Source: Candidatus Saccharimonadota bacterium
Lineage (GTDB): Bacteria; Patescibacteriota; Saccharimonadia; CAILAD01; BJGX01
Assembly: GCA_016191105.1 (NCBI GenBank)
Contig: JACPPH010000004.1
Span: 1,230 to 65,229 of the forward strand
DNA length: 64,000 bases
Direction of reading: 5' to 3'
Position numbers and translations under genes: made by a program. Each line of letters opens with the position of its first letter. The first letter of the stretch is position 1. Of the stretch, positions 37,957 to 47,504 are shown one piece after another. The notes beneath the pieces were generated by a model, which did no database searches, was not told the DNA's origin, and saw only the letters and a list, made by a program, of their open reading frames with translations.

Positions 37957-38565
37957 ATGAAACTTACTGTTATTTGTGCTAACTCGCGAAAGGATTCGGA
38001 GTCACTCAAGGTCGCCAAGTGGTTTAAAGGGGCTATTGGCAACGACGGTCAAACTGTTAACTTGATAGATCTACATGTCTCACAGTTGCCGCTAGAACTC
38101 GATAAGTTGTGGGACGAAGACCCCGACACCATGTTGATTTGGAATCCAATTAAGGACGCGCTTACAGCTGCCGAAGCCTACGTGGTGGTAACTCCAGAAT
38201 GGAACGGCATGGCCAACCCCTCGTTTTTTAACCTAGTGGACTATACAGATGGCGAAATGGCCTATAAGCCCGCGCTTTTAGTAGGTGTTTCAGCCAGTCG
38301 CGGCGGTGCCTATCCAATCGCCCAAATTAAGGGCTTTGCTAGCAAGAATACTCACATCGACTTTATCCCTGAGCATGTACTTATTCGCGACGTCGAAAAA
38401 GTGTTTAATAAGTTTGAGCCCGAAGAAGAATCAAAATATGGCGATGCCTACCTAAAAGATCGTTCCAAATATGCGCTGAAAGTTTTGTATGAATATGCTA
38501 AGGCCCTAAAAGGCTTGCGCGATAGCGGCGTAATTGATCATAAAACCTACCCCAATGGCATGTAG
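37957..38565 (+). CDS. NAD(P)H-dependent FMN reductase / flavodoxin-like fold protein
   Basis: Resembles the NADPH-dependent FMN reductase family by ORF length and composition (202 aa). The opening MKLTVICANSRKDSESLKVAKWF is flavodoxin-like. Confidence 0.6.
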   Translation: MKLTVICANSRKDSESLKVAKWFKGAIGNDGQTVNLIDLHVSQLPLELDKLWDEDPDTMLIWNPIKDALTAAEAYVVVTPEWNGMANPSFFNLVDYTDGEMAYKPALLVGVSASRGGAYPIAQIKGFASKNTHIDFIPEHVLIRDVEKVFNKFEPEEESKYGDAYLKDRSKYALKVLYEYAKALKGLRDSGVIDHKTYPNGM

Positions 38566-38717
38566 CTAGCTCGTGCTAATCCATCGCCACGAGGCATAAA
38601 CAAAATATAGCAAGAATGGTAAGTGAACCACCCAGCCAAACCACGGCACCAAGTGAGCTTGCCAGGCACCAAATAGGGTTGTTGTGAATACGCCGTTAAA
38701 AATGCATAGTGTAAGGG

Positions 38718-39107
38718 CTATTGTTTCTTTTTTAAATCGAGCGCAGCAGAGTTAATGCAAAATCGTTGGCCTGTAGTTTCTTTGGGGCCATCCTCGAACA
38801 CATGGCCCAAGTGAGCGCCACAGTTGCTGCAAACAACTTCCGTACGATGCATGCCATGTGAGTTATCGGCGATCATTTTGACCGAGCCAGGCACTGCTTG
38901 GTCGAAACTTGGCCAGCCGGTGCCACTATCAAATTTAGTGCCGCTCTTAAACAGCTTCTGCCCGCAAACCGCGCAATGATAGGTGCCGTCGGCATGTTCG
39001 TTCCAATACTTGCCGCTAAAAGCTGCCTCGGTGCCCTTGTTTTGGGTAACCTCGCGAGTTTGTTCGGCGAGTGAATTTATTTTCTTTTTAAGCTCATCTT
39101 GATTCAT
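38718..39107 (-). CDS. msrB: Peptide methionine sulfoxide reductase B
   Basis: SelR motifs [26 protein letters not shown]. Confidence 0.85.
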   Translation of the reverse strand: MNQDELKKKINSLAEQTREVTQNKGTEAAFSGKYWNEHADGTYHCAVCGQKLFKSGTKFDSGTGWPSFDQAVPGSVKMIADNSHGMHRTEVVCSNCGAHLGHVFEDGPKETTGQRFCINSAALDLKKKQ

Positions 39108-39190
39108 AAGCTTATTCTATACTGTTCGAGCTTATGTGAGAACCAGTTCTCAGCTTTGCCTCGAACAATAGAGCACTTTGCCGTACAATA

Positions 39191-39949
39191 ATGCTTATGG
39201 AGATAGCACCCCGACCTAGACCCAAAACTGATGACGAAATCGATGCTGGCATGCGCTCGAGAATTCGCAATCTGAGTCGAGTGGGGGCACTTGGCTTGGG
39301 CGCTATGGTTGCGGCCACTGGCTATCAAGCTACACATACCGAACCCACGCCAGCTAGCGAGAGGGTAGAGGCCGCCACAACCACAACCCTGGCACCAGAG
39401 ACTACTACCACGACCGAGCAACAAACCACGCCAGCCAACTGGCTGCCCGAAGGTGTAAAAGCCAAATGGCCGCTGATAGTTGAGGTTGCCAAAGGCTACC
39501 AGATTGACCCACAACTGGTAGCAATTATCATAGCCGAAGAATCGGGTGGCAACGAACACGCTGTAAACCCCAGTGGTGCCAAGGGGCTATTTCAGTTAAT
39601 GCCAGACACCGAGAAGGTTATGGCTAGCAAGCTTGGCTATACGAACTATAATATCTACGACTCCAAGACCAACCTAGAGCTTGGTACGGCACTAATCCGT
39701 TATCTCAACGACCACTACATTGCGCCAGCCGGAGTTGATCTGGAGACTCCACAAGGAATTGCTATGCTGGCTTACGGCATGAGTGGCGGCGAGGGTGATT
39801 TGCAGACATTTATTCGTACCGGCTCACTTAATTCAACCAGCTATGCTAAGCAAAACCAGGCGGTAGCCAACCTTTGGGTGAACATGTGGAGCGACCGGGG
39901 TGAGCCTACGAGCCCAACATTTGAACAACTAAGAGGAGTACAGAAGTGA
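39191..39949 (+). CDS. Lytic transglycosylase (SLT domain)
   Basis: SLT motifs ESGGN...AVNPSGAKGLFQLMPDT. N-terminal transmembrane segment and a T-rich linker. Confidence 0.75.
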   Translation: MLMEIAPRPRPKTDDEIDAGMRSRIRNLSRVGALGLGAMVAATGYQATHTEPTPASERVEAATTTTLAPETTTTTEQQTTPANWLPEGVKAKWPLIVEVAKGYQIDPQLVAIIIAEESGGNEHAVNPSGAKGLFQLMPDTEKVMASKLGYTNYNIYDSKTNLELGTALIRYLNDHYIAPAGVDLETPQGIAMLAYGMSGGEGDLQTFIRTGSLNSTSYAKQNQAVANLWVNMWSDRGEPTSPTFEQLRGVQK

Positions 39950-40125
39950 GTCGAAACAAAAAATCATCTAAGTTCTTGATAGTATTAGTCTTGATTGTGG
40001 CTGTTGCAGTCGTCGTGATCTATCTGGTGGCGAAGGCCATGTCGTCGAACACTGACTGTCAGCAGAAGCTCAAAGACGTTCAGGCTTTAAGCCAAAATGG
40101 CTCAGCTGTTTCTTGCCAAAACTAA
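39946..40125 (+). CDS. Small single-transmembrane protein (59 aa, GTG start)
   Basis: RBS aagaggag 7 nt before the GTG. The start overlaps the slt stop. Confidence 0.35.
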   Translation: MSRNKKSSKFLIVLVLIVAVAVVVIYLVAKAMSSNTDCQQKLKDVQALSQNGSAVSCQN

Positions 40126-40526
40126 GGTAGTTGGGCTATCTCCGACATTCGAAAATCAGAAAGCCAACTAGGCTGAACGCTTCTGTTCGAGCACGAGTGC
40201 CGTCTCTGTCACAGAACAGACAGTGAAGCCGCCGTTGGCGATTCTAGATTTGAGCCCATGTCGGTGAGTTTGCTTCTTTGCTCATTCAAAGAAGCCCCGT
40301 GCGGGTAGCACATAGATTCAGCTTTCGGCCTGAACGGTCGACCATTCTTTTGAAAACACCATAAAGTTGTGCAAAAGTGTTTTGGCCTGTACTACGATTC
40401 TATCAGCGCTCAGCCAGTCGCAACTTCCTGTTGCTGTGCGGTTCGCCAGCCAGCGAATTCTCGCAACAAAGAGCGTTGCTTAGTGGCTTCGCTTGCTGAT
40501 CGCAGCAACGGCCGGAAGAGCAGTTT
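40120..40526 (-). repeat. Intergenic modular repeat, copy C (full length, inverted relative to B)
   Basis: Its 5' 130 nt are the reverse complement of the 3' end of copy B. Core module Y is in the same orientation as in B. Confidence 0.75.
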
Positions 40527-41180
40527 TTAGTCGCTGCTGGCTTTTTTGGCCTCGGCAATTAACTCATTTAAATTAGTTGGGATCGGATTGTCTTGGATTA
40601 GTTTGGCCATATAGATGGTGTTGGCCACCATGTAGCGGCAGGTTTTGTTGGTGTACAGGTGCTTATCGCCACCGGCCTCTATGTAGCTGGGGCCGGGGCC
40701 GGCATTGCCCACCCAATAGCAGTCAACGTTGGGTGGCACCGTGCAGCCTAGGTGGGTGAGGTTGAATAACGTATTGGCGGCTACATCGTGAGCACCATCT
40801 TCGTTGCCAGTAACAATCACTCCGGCCACCTTGTTGTATAGCGGGAACTGGCCAGTTTTGGTATCGCCCTCGTCGTAGGTGCCGTCGAGTCGCTCCAGCA
40901 CCAACTGACTAACGCTACCGCGCACCCCAAACCAAATTGGTGTGCCAATTATCAAAATGTTGCAGTCTTTGATCTTACTTAAAATCTCGGGCCACTGATC
41001 GCCCTCGCCCTCGTTGGAACTAACACCAAACTTAACGTCGTAATCACGTACTCGCACTACTTCGGTTTCGACACCTTGAGCCTTGTAAAGCTCCACGGCC
41101 TTGTCGATTAGAGCGCCGGTGTTGCTAACTGACGGCGAAGGTTTAAGGGTGCAGTTTAAGAATAGTGCTTTTAAAGCCAT
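40527..41180 (-). CDS. Flavodoxin-like NAD(P)H-dependent oxidoreductase (FMN reductase / quinone reductase family)
   Basis: NCTLKPSP and ILIIGTPIWFG motifs. Confidence 0.6.
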   Translation of the reverse strand: MALKALFLNCTLKPSPSVSNTGALIDKAVELYKAQGVETEVVRVRDYDVKFGVSSNEGEGDQWPEILSKIKDCNILIIGTPIWFGVRGSVSQLVLERLDGTYDEGDTKTGQFPLYNKVAGVIVTGNEDGAHDVAANTLFNLTHLGCTVPPNVDCYWVGNAGPGPSYIEAGGDKHLYTNKTCRYMVANTIYMAKLIQDNPIPTNLNELIAEAKKASSD

Positions 41181-41210
41181 AGTGTTTCCTCGTTATCATT
41201 ACATTTTAGC

Positions 41211-41540
41211 ATGGGTTATAATGGTGGCATGAGTGAACTACCGCCAGATAGTGGCGATAACAATAAACCCCAAGAACCTACTGAAGGCGAAAAAATGGCT
41301 GCCGATGAGTGGGAGGGTCGCTCGGCTGATGCGGTCGAAAAAGATCGGCAAAAACTTTTGCGAAAGGTAGAGGCAGAGCAAGCCAATCATTCCCGACCTA
41401 CGCCATATGAAAAAACTGGCCACCAGAGGCCAGCCTGGACTGATGACCCAGAAGAAAGGCAAAAGAATTACGAAAAATGGGTAGACGAGATTAGAAGAGA
41501 ACAAGGCCTTAAACCTAAGTACGAGGAACAAGATGAGTAA
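41211..41540 (+). CDS. Hypothetical charged protein
   Basis: 109 aa, K/E/R-rich, no recognised domain. Confidence 0.4.
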   Translation: MGYNGGMSELPPDSGDNNKPQEPTEGEKMAADEWEGRSADAVEKDRQKLLRKVEAEQANHSRPTPYEKTGHQRPAWTDDPEERQKNYEKWVDEIRREQGLKPKYEEQDE

Positions 41541-41850
41541 AAGTATGCAAGAATTCCAAGAACAGATAAGGCTCTACGATGCCGTTTACTATTTCCCAAA
41601 AGAGTCCAAAGGATGGCAAATGCGTCATGCGCTTGGACACTTAAATAAGTCCTTGGCAGTAATCGCTACTTATTTGGATGATGTTGATCACGGCCGAGAG
41701 CCGTCGCGTGATGACATGGTCGACAAAGCGATTCCTGATTTGCTGCAGTATGCTTTAAGGCTATCAAATATGTTTGAAGTTGATCTAGAGCAGCAGTTTG
41801 CAAAACGGCAAGACGCAATAGAGGAGAGCAAGAAAAATGCCAAAAACTGA
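41533..41850 (+). CDS. MazG-like nucleotide pyrophosphohydrolase domain protein
   Basis: All-alpha pattern (HALGHLNKSLAVIATYLDD...IPDLLQYALRLSNMFEVDLE) resembling small MazG/NTP-PPase proteins. Confidence 0.4.
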   Translation: MSKSMQEFQEQIRLYDAVYYFPKESKGWQMRHALGHLNKSLAVIATYLDDVDHGREPSRDDMVDKAIPDLLQYALRLSNMFEVDLEQQFAKRQDAIEESKKNAKN

Positions 41851-42313
41851 ACTAGCTGACTTTGGCGGCGGCTGTTTTTGGGGTGTTGAGGAAGTTTTTC
41901 GGACTGTGCCTGGCGTAGTAAAAACCGAAGTTGGCTATGAGGGTGGCCACGTCGACCATCCAACTTACGAGCAAGTTTGTAGCCACACTACTGGGCATGC
42001 CGAGACCCTTCAAGTTACTTTTGACCCCACCAAAGCTAGCTACGAAAAGCTACTCGATCTGTTTTTTGAACACCACAACCCAACTCAGCTAAACCAACAG
42101 GGCCCAGATGTAGGTGAGAATTATCGGAGTGTAATTTTTTATCATAACGACGAACAAAAACGGGCGGCAGAGGCCAAGATTGAGCAGTTAACAGCTGCCA
42201 AAAAGTTCAAAAAGCCAATTGTAACCCAAGTGGTGCCGGCCAAAACTTTTTGGCGCGGCGAAGAATACCACCAGCAATACTTGCATAAGCGCAACTTAGG
42301 CGTTTGCTACTGA
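41837..42313 (+). CDS. msrA: Peptide methionine sulfoxide reductase A
   Basis: Active-site motif GGGCFWG. Confidence 0.85.
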   Translation: MPKTELADFGGGCFWGVEEVFRTVPGVVKTEVGYEGGHVDHPTYEQVCSHTTGHAETLQVTFDPTKASYEKLLDLFFEHHNPTQLNQQGPDVGENYRSVIFYHNDEQKRAAEAKIEQLTAAKKFKKPIVTQVVPAKTFWRGEEYHQQYLHKRNLGVCY

Positions 42314-43059
42314 ACGTTATTCTTGTCGTGGGTCTCGATTTTGTGTTCTAGTTCTTGCACACGTTTTACAAAATTACGGCGCACCTGCTTGGCAAACGAA
42401 TTGTAATTTTGAATAGTATGAAACAGCTCTATAGAGTCGTTTTGCAAGTTACCCCGAACGGCTTGTAAGAGTTTGTATGACTTTGTGGGCAATTTAAGCT
42501 CAGGCAGCGGCAGATTGTTGAGGCTGCGACTAATCAGGTGGGTGAGTGCTAGCGCGTAGGCCATCTCGCGATCGTGATCTTCGGGCGAAATTTCAACAAC
42601 TTCTAACTCCAATGCATTTTGCAAAAAGTCTTTGATCCTGGCCAAGGTTTTGGCGTCAATCCGAACCGGGCAAAGCGCTACTGGCAGGCCAGCAATGCCA
42701 TGTTTACCACTCTCTGGGCCAAACACGGGGTGTGTGCCAAGCACCTGAACATTGGTTGGCAGTATTTTGTTCATAAGTTTAACCGGCATAACTTTTACCG
42801 AGCAAACATCAATAACCAATGTGCCTGGTCGCAGCAGAGGCTTAATTTTTAGCAACACTTCTTCTATGGCCTGGGCATTAACCGACAAGACTACAATGTT
42901 GCAGTTAGCAGCCTGCTCGAGGCTAACAAAACTAACACCTTTGGGCGGGTTGCCAACTTTCCGGCGAGTCGAAACCAACACCTCGAAATGCCGTGCCAAA
43001 ATCGGCGCAATAAAGGCGCCAAAGGCGCCAAAACCAATAACTCCAATTGATTTTTTCAT
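42307..43059 (-). CDS. Prephenate/arogenate dehydrogenase (TyrA-like)
   Basis: N-terminal Rossmann fold IGVIGFGAFG and catalytic-region motif GTHPVFGPESG. Confidence 0.65.
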   Translation of the reverse strand: MKKSIGVIGFGAFGAFIAPILARHFEVLVSTRRKVGNPPKGVSFVSLEQAANCNIVVLSVNAQAIEEVLLKIKPLLRPGTLVIDVCSVKVMPVKLMNKILPTNVQVLGTHPVFGPESGKHGIAGLPVALCPVRIDAKTLARIKDFLQNALELEVVEISPEDHDREMAYALALTHLISRSLNNLPLPELKLPTKSYKLLQAVRGNLQNDSIELFHTIQNYNSFAKQVRRNFVKRVQELEHKIETHDKNNVQ

Positions 43060-43092
43060 CTAACAGATTATAGTTGAGGTTTACGTAGCTGT

Positions 43093-43905
43093 CTAATCTG
43101 CGTGTTGGGCAACAATTTGGCGCAAACCTGCAATATCGATCTGGTTATAGTCGCTAATAATCTTTTCGGCTCCGGCTATGGTTTGGGCCGAATTAAAGTT
43201 ATTTACGTAACCAATTATGGCCATGTTGGCGGCATGGGCGGCGCCAACATCGTTGGCTGAATCGCCAACCACCACGCACTTTTTGGCGCTTACGCCGAGT
43301 TTTTTGGCAGCTAGCTCGAATGTATCGGGGGCTGGCTTGTCGTTACTGACATCGTCTGAGGTTACCACGGCCGAGAAGTATTGCGAAAGCTGGTTGTGGT
43401 TGAGCAGCAGCTGCGAAAGTTGATGGGTGGAGCCGGTGCCAACTGCCATTGGCACCTTGTGTTCTTGCAAGGATTTGAGTAAGGGTATCAAATGAGGGCT
43501 AATAACCAAGTCGTGGGTGGAGTAGTATACCAAGCGCTTGGTGTTAATTGCAGCTGCCATTTCGAGCGGGTGGGTATCGATGTTAAAGGTTTCTTTAAAC
43601 ACCTTAGAGGTCACCTGAATTGGTTTGCCGAGCATCGATATAAACAAATTCCTATCGGGCTTAATGCCAAACTCGGCCAGGTACTCTTGCCAAAATTTGT
43701 AATTAACCGGCAGGGTGTCGACCAGTGTGCCGTCCATGTCGAAAATAACGCCCAAATCGTGTGCTTCTCTCATACTTTTGATTATAAGGTTCACTGCCCT
43801 GGCTGTCGAATGAAAGCTAAAATTGGGGTACAATCTAGTTAATAAAGGAGTTGAGTCAATGCATATGAAGCGAAGGTCGTTACTTGCAATATTTTTGTTA
43901 AACAT
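43093..43905 (-). CDS. HAD-superfamily hydrolase (HAD-IA phosphatase)
   Basis: Motif I FDMDGTLVDT and motif IV GDSANDV. The likely start is the internal Met before LGVIFDMDG. Confidence 0.75.
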   Translation of the reverse strand: MFNKNIASNDLRFICIDSTPLLTRLYPNFSFHSTARAVNLIIKSMREAHDLGVIFDMDGTLVDTLPVNYKFWQEYLAEFGIKPDRNLFISMLGKPIQVTSKVFKETFNIDTHPLEMAAAINTKRLVYYSTHDLVISPHLIPLLKSLQEHKVPMAVGTGSTHQLSQLLLNHNQLSQYFSAVVTSDDVSNDKPAPDTFELAAKKLGVSAKKCVVVGDSANDVGAAHAANMAIIGYVNNFNSAQTIAGAEKIISDYNQIDIAGLRQIVAQHAD

Positions 43906-44281
43906 AGTTACTCTCGGGTTGTACCAAATCTATTGGTACTTTATTACCAAGACGGAGATGAACACCCTAAATGCCAAAGCGCTCAAGGTGCCGTTCTTTT
44001 TGTGGTTCTTTATTCCAATTATCGACATCTGGTGGTTTTGGCGTTTTGCCAAGGCAATCGAAGCCACCACCAAGGGCGCAATTGGCCGCTGGGCAGCCTT
44101 TTTGGCACCGGTAATAATTTGGGTGGTGGTAGGCATATTCTTTGGCTTTACCCGCAGCATATTCATATCACCTCATAGCCTAGTCGATTCCTCGCTCTGG
44201 ATAAGCCTGGCCATCACCAACGTTCTTATTCTTCTGCCAATCTTCTATTATCAATCCAATCTCAACAAAGTTGCACGGTAG
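43859..44281 (+). CDS. Small multi-transmembrane protein (DUF-like)
   Basis: RBS aaaggag. W/F-rich transmembrane helices. Confidence 0.5.
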   Translation: MHMKRRSLLAIFLLNIVTLGLYQIYWYFITKTEMNTLNAKALKVPFFLWFFIPIIDIWWFWRFAKAIEATTKGAIGRWAAFLAPVIIWVVVGIFFGFTRSIFISPHSLVDSSLWISLAITNVLILLPIFYYQSNLNKVAR

Positions 44282-44285
44282 TTTT

Positions 44286-44361
44286 ATTGTTCGAGGATCT
44301 GCTAGCTGGCGGAGACGAGAACTATTTCTTATGATGTAGTTCTCACCAAGGCTCGAACAAT
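44286..44361. other. Nested inverted-repeat structure
   Basis: Outer 12-bp perfect inverted repeat ttattgttcgag/ctcgaacaataa. Inner 8-bp gagaacta/tagttctc plus a gctagc palindrome. Sits at the edge of a GC-rich island. Confidence 0.5.
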
Positions 44362-44436
44362 AAAGCCAGTGCTTGAATTGTCTCAGTTTGCTGGTATTAT
44401 GATGTCCAAGCTCATTGAGAAGTCGAGAGAGGGGAA

Positions 44437-44766
44437 GTGAGAGTATGGGAATGTACGGCAAGGATGATGTCGACCCGACAATCGAGCGCGAGATGCGGGA
44501 GGGTTGAAAGCCTCCCGCGACGGCTCTTGGCTGTACCGGACTTTGCTGTCGAGCTGGAACTGAGCCAGCTCGAACAGGAGCTGGTAGCCTGTGCGGGCTG
44601 TGGTTTTGCCCTCTTGCCTGGCGAGGATCGCAAGACTGTGCAGTTCGAAGACGGCTCGGAGGCTCTAGAGGCCGTGGTTCACAACACAGTGTGTGAGAAC
44701 CGCTGGCGACAGCGCGTATCGTTAGAACAAACAGAGGAAGGAAAGGATCTGCCCTCCATGCCCTAG
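44437..44766 (+). CDS. Hypothetical Cys-containing protein (GC-rich island, GTG start)
   Basis: 109-aa ORF. A long ORF on the opposite strand looks like a shadow. Confidence 0.3.
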   Translation: MRVWECTARMMSTRQSSARCGRVESLPRRLLAVPDFAVELELSQLEQELVACAGCGFALLPGEDRKTVQFEDGSEALEAVVHNTVCENRWRQRVSLEQTEEGKDLPSMP

Positions 44767-44795
44767 CGGGCCGAACCAGAGAAAGGAAGACGCAG

Positions 44796-44969
44796 ATGGA
44801 GAACCATCCAAGCCCTTGCAGTAGGTGTGAGGAGGTCGGCGGGCCAACCGAAGGCATGACCCAAAGGTGTCGGTACTGTGCACAGAGCTTCTGTCTCGGA
44901 CACATCGACGCTCATGAGAAACAGTGCGATGGTCCATTCCGTCCGATGCTCGATGGGTCGATGCGATGA
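44796..44969 (+). CDS. Small Cys/His-rich zinc-finger-like protein (57 aa)
   Basis: RBS gaaaggaag. Pattern C-x2-C-x13-C-x2-C-x4-C-x2-H-x3-H-x3-C, which is AN1-like. Confidence 0.4.
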   Translation: MENHPSPCSRCEEVGGPTEGMTQRCRYCAQSFCLGHIDAHEKQCDGPFRPMLDGSMR

Positions 44970-45053
44970 CCTGCCTGGGGAGTCCCAGGCGGGCTCCCTT
45001 CTGAGGGTTTAATGTTTTTGATTAAATCTTGAGAAGGGAAGTATAATTAAGCT

Positions 45054-46301
45054 ATGAATTTGGAGCAGCTCAAACAAATCAGCCATTCCGTGCACCTAGC
45101 CCGTGGCGGCGGCGGCGGCTCTAGTTCGGGCGGCGGCGGAGGCGGCGGGTTCTCGGGCGGGTCGAGCTATTCGTCTAGCTCATCTGGTTCTGGCTCATCT
45201 AAACCTTTGACTGGTTGGGGCTTGTTTTTCTTCTGGGGGTTCTGGGCGGTTTTTATAATCTGGATACTCTGGGCAGTGTTTAGTAAGTCTAAGGGCGCAA
45301 AAAAGCTTGGCGGCACCCCGGAAGGCTATATAGACCCCAAAAAATCCGGCACCGACGAAGAAAAAAAGTTGGCTGAGCAGGTTTCGAGCACATTTTTTGG
45401 ATTCCAAAAAGCTTGGAGTGAGTTCGATGCCAAAACTATGCAAAAGTTGTGCAGCCGCGAGTACGCCAAGCGTATGGTACTAGAACTGACTGTGCTTCAA
45501 AACTATGGCCGTAAAGACCAAATGAGTAGTGTAAAACTCAACCAAGTGTTGCTAAAAAAACAACAAGACTACTCGCAGGGCTTCGAGGTTATAACTGATG
45601 GCCAGGCCAAAGACCAGCTGATCGATCAAAAAGCCAATAAAGTACTGTTTACCGACTCTAGTCCGTGGCGCGAGTACTGGGCCTTTGTAAAAGAGGACGG
45701 TAGCTACAAGCTTGATCTCATCCGACAAGACACCGCCGAGGCTAGCAAATTCGATGCTGGCATAGCTGAATTTGCTACCCAACAAGGCTTTTACTACGAC
45801 CCAGACTTTGGTTGGCTTATGATGCCCAACCGTGGCGCAATCTTTGGCCCAGCCGGCTTTGGCAATGCCGACATTAACAACCATGTGGTTGGCTATTACA
45901 AGAACAATGTAGTGGAGTTTTATAGCTACGAGCCCAAAGCTGGAGCTGGCATGCAGCCTATTACGGTGGCTCAAGCTATATTGCCCAAAAATTACGATGA
46001 CATTTTGGTAACAATGAAGAGCTGGTATGGCTTTAAACCGAAGCTCAAAGGCCTTAACAAGGTTGAGACCGAAAGCGTGGAGTTCAACAAAAAGTTTGCA
46101 GTCTGGGCGGCCAATCAAGATCAGGCCACCAGCTTCGAGCTACTGGCCACCAACTTTATGGAAAAGATCTACGCGCTCGAGTTCGAGATCAACATCGAAG
46201 TGGTCGACAACGTATTGTACTTATATAGCCCCAGCAAAAACATTGCCTACCAGGACATGCTCGACGTATTGATTTGGGCTTTTGCCGAGATGAAGCTTTA
46301 G
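45054..46301 (+). CDS. Membrane protein with Gly/Ser-rich N-terminus and Tim44-like region (hypothetical)
   Basis: G/S low-complexity region, a transmembrane helix, then a globular domain. Confidence 0.55.
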   Translation: MNLEQLKQISHSVHLARGGGGGSSSGGGGGGGFSGGSSYSSSSSGSGSSKPLTGWGLFFFWGFWAVFIIWILWAVFSKSKGAKKLGGTPEGYIDPKKSGTDEEKKLAEQVSSTFFGFQKAWSEFDAKTMQKLCSREYAKRMVLELTVLQNYGRKDQMSSVKLNQVLLKKQQDYSQGFEVITDGQAKDQLIDQKANKVLFTDSSPWREYWAFVKEDGSYKLDLIRQDTAEASKFDAGIAEFATQQGFYYDPDFGWLMMPNRGAIFGPAGFGNADINNHVVGYYKNNVVEFYSYEPKAGAGMQPITVAQAILPKNYDDILVTMKSWYGFKPKLKGLNKVETESVEFNKKFAVWAANQDQATSFELLATNFMEKIYALEFEINIEVVDNVLYLYSPSKNIAYQDMLDVLIWAFAEMKL

Positions 46302-46376
46302 CTTTCTTTTATAGACTAATGGCGAGATAATAAACTCGAGATATCCGATAATCGAATAAGGTAGGTGTGAGTTATC

Positions 46377-46799
46377 ATGGCGACCAAGGTCAGCAAGAAA
46401 GATGGGGCGCGGGTGGCCGAAGTTCAGAAGTGGAGTGAAGACCAGAAGGAGCAGTGGCGGAAGCTACCAGGGCTGTGTGGTCAGCTCAACACGATAGCCC
46501 TTGCCCATGGCGTACAGAGCGGGTTGGTTTACTCGAGCCCAGACTTCAGACTTTGTGCTTACGAACGGATTTGGGTAATCCGTGATTGGGAAGGCGGAGG
46601 CTCAAGACTGCTAGTCGATACCGACACTCTAGTGATCCATACCCACACCAAAGGGTTGCCAAATAAAGGCCACAGGAGACGGTTCTTGGGGATCGCTGAT
46701 TCAGCCGACATCTTGTGGCTGGCTGGCCACCTTGACTTGATCGATGTTGCTCCGATCGTCAAGGACCTAAAGCATCGGATAGCAGTAAGGGGCGGGTAG
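46377..46799 (+). CDS. Hypothetical protein (GC-rich)
   Basis: 140-aa ORF with GC clearly above its neighbours. Confidence 0.4.
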   Translation: MATKVSKKDGARVAEVQKWSEDQKEQWRKLPGLCGQLNTIALAHGVQSGLVYSSPDFRLCAYERIWVIRDWEGGGSRLLVDTDTLVIHTHTKGLPNKGHRRRFLGIADSADILWLAGHLDLIDVAPIVKDLKHRIAVRGG

Positions 46800-46865
46800 A
46801 GTGACTAGCAGGGGTTCGAAGATTGGGTCTTCGGGCCCTTTCTTCGTTTGGTATACTATTAAGCA

Positions 46866-47504
46866 ATGGATATTCAACGCTTCGATATAGCAAAGCTCTA
46901 CCCAGGGCTGTATGCAGCTGAGCAAAAGCGCCCCAAAGTAGTACAGGTGCCAGCTCTGAGGATTTTGGCAGTTCAAGGCCAAGGCGACCCAGGAACTGAG
47001 TCTTTCCAGCACTCGGTCGAAGCCCTATACGCCACGACTTACGCCATTAAGTTTATGCCCAAGAAAGGTTACGAGGTCGAAAACTATGAGGATTTTAAAA
47101 CTTCAGCCTTAGAGGCTCTGTGGAGCATGCAAAACGGCCAAGAGTTCGATGTTAAACGCAAAGATCTATGGCAGTGGGAGGTGTTTATAGTGGTGCCTGG
47201 ATTCTTCACTCCCAATCTAGTGGCTCAGGCAACTAATATGTTAAAACCCCGTAAGCCCAACCCTAAATACGAAGATCTGCATATTAAAACGCTCGAAGAA
47301 AAGCAGGCTGTGCAAATACTACATGTGGGTAGTTATGAAAACGAAGCAGCCAACCTAAAGCTTCTACAGCAATTCTTAGATAAAAATAATCTAAAAGTCT
47401 CGGGCCCACACCACGAGATTTATCTAAGTGATCCTAGACGAGTGGCCGAAGGCCGACTTAAGACCATCTTGCGCTGGCCGGTGGTAAAAGAGAGTGTGCA
47501 ATGA
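46866..47504 (+). CDS. GyrI-like small-molecule-binding domain protein
   Basis: C-terminal pattern ILHVGSYENEAANLKLLQQFLDKNNLKV...HEIYLSDPRR. Confidence 0.6.
   Translation: MDIQRFDIAKLYPGLYAAEQKRPKVVQVPALRILAVQGQGDPGTESFQHSVEALYATTYAIKFMPKKGYEVENYEDFKTSALEALWSMQNGQEFDVKRKDLWQWEVFIVVPGFFTPNLVAQATNMLKPRKPNPKYEDLHIKTLEEKQAVQILHVGSYENEAANLKLLQQFLDKNNLKVSGPHHEIYLSDPRRVAEGRLKTILRWPVVKESVQ

Noticed and set aside
44180-44905. 241-aa minus-strand ORF across the GC island
   Set aside because: It has a low-complexity R/S/P-rich translation and overlaps the end of the well-supported membrane-protein gene. Treated as a shadow. The plus-strand small ORFs have RBSs.
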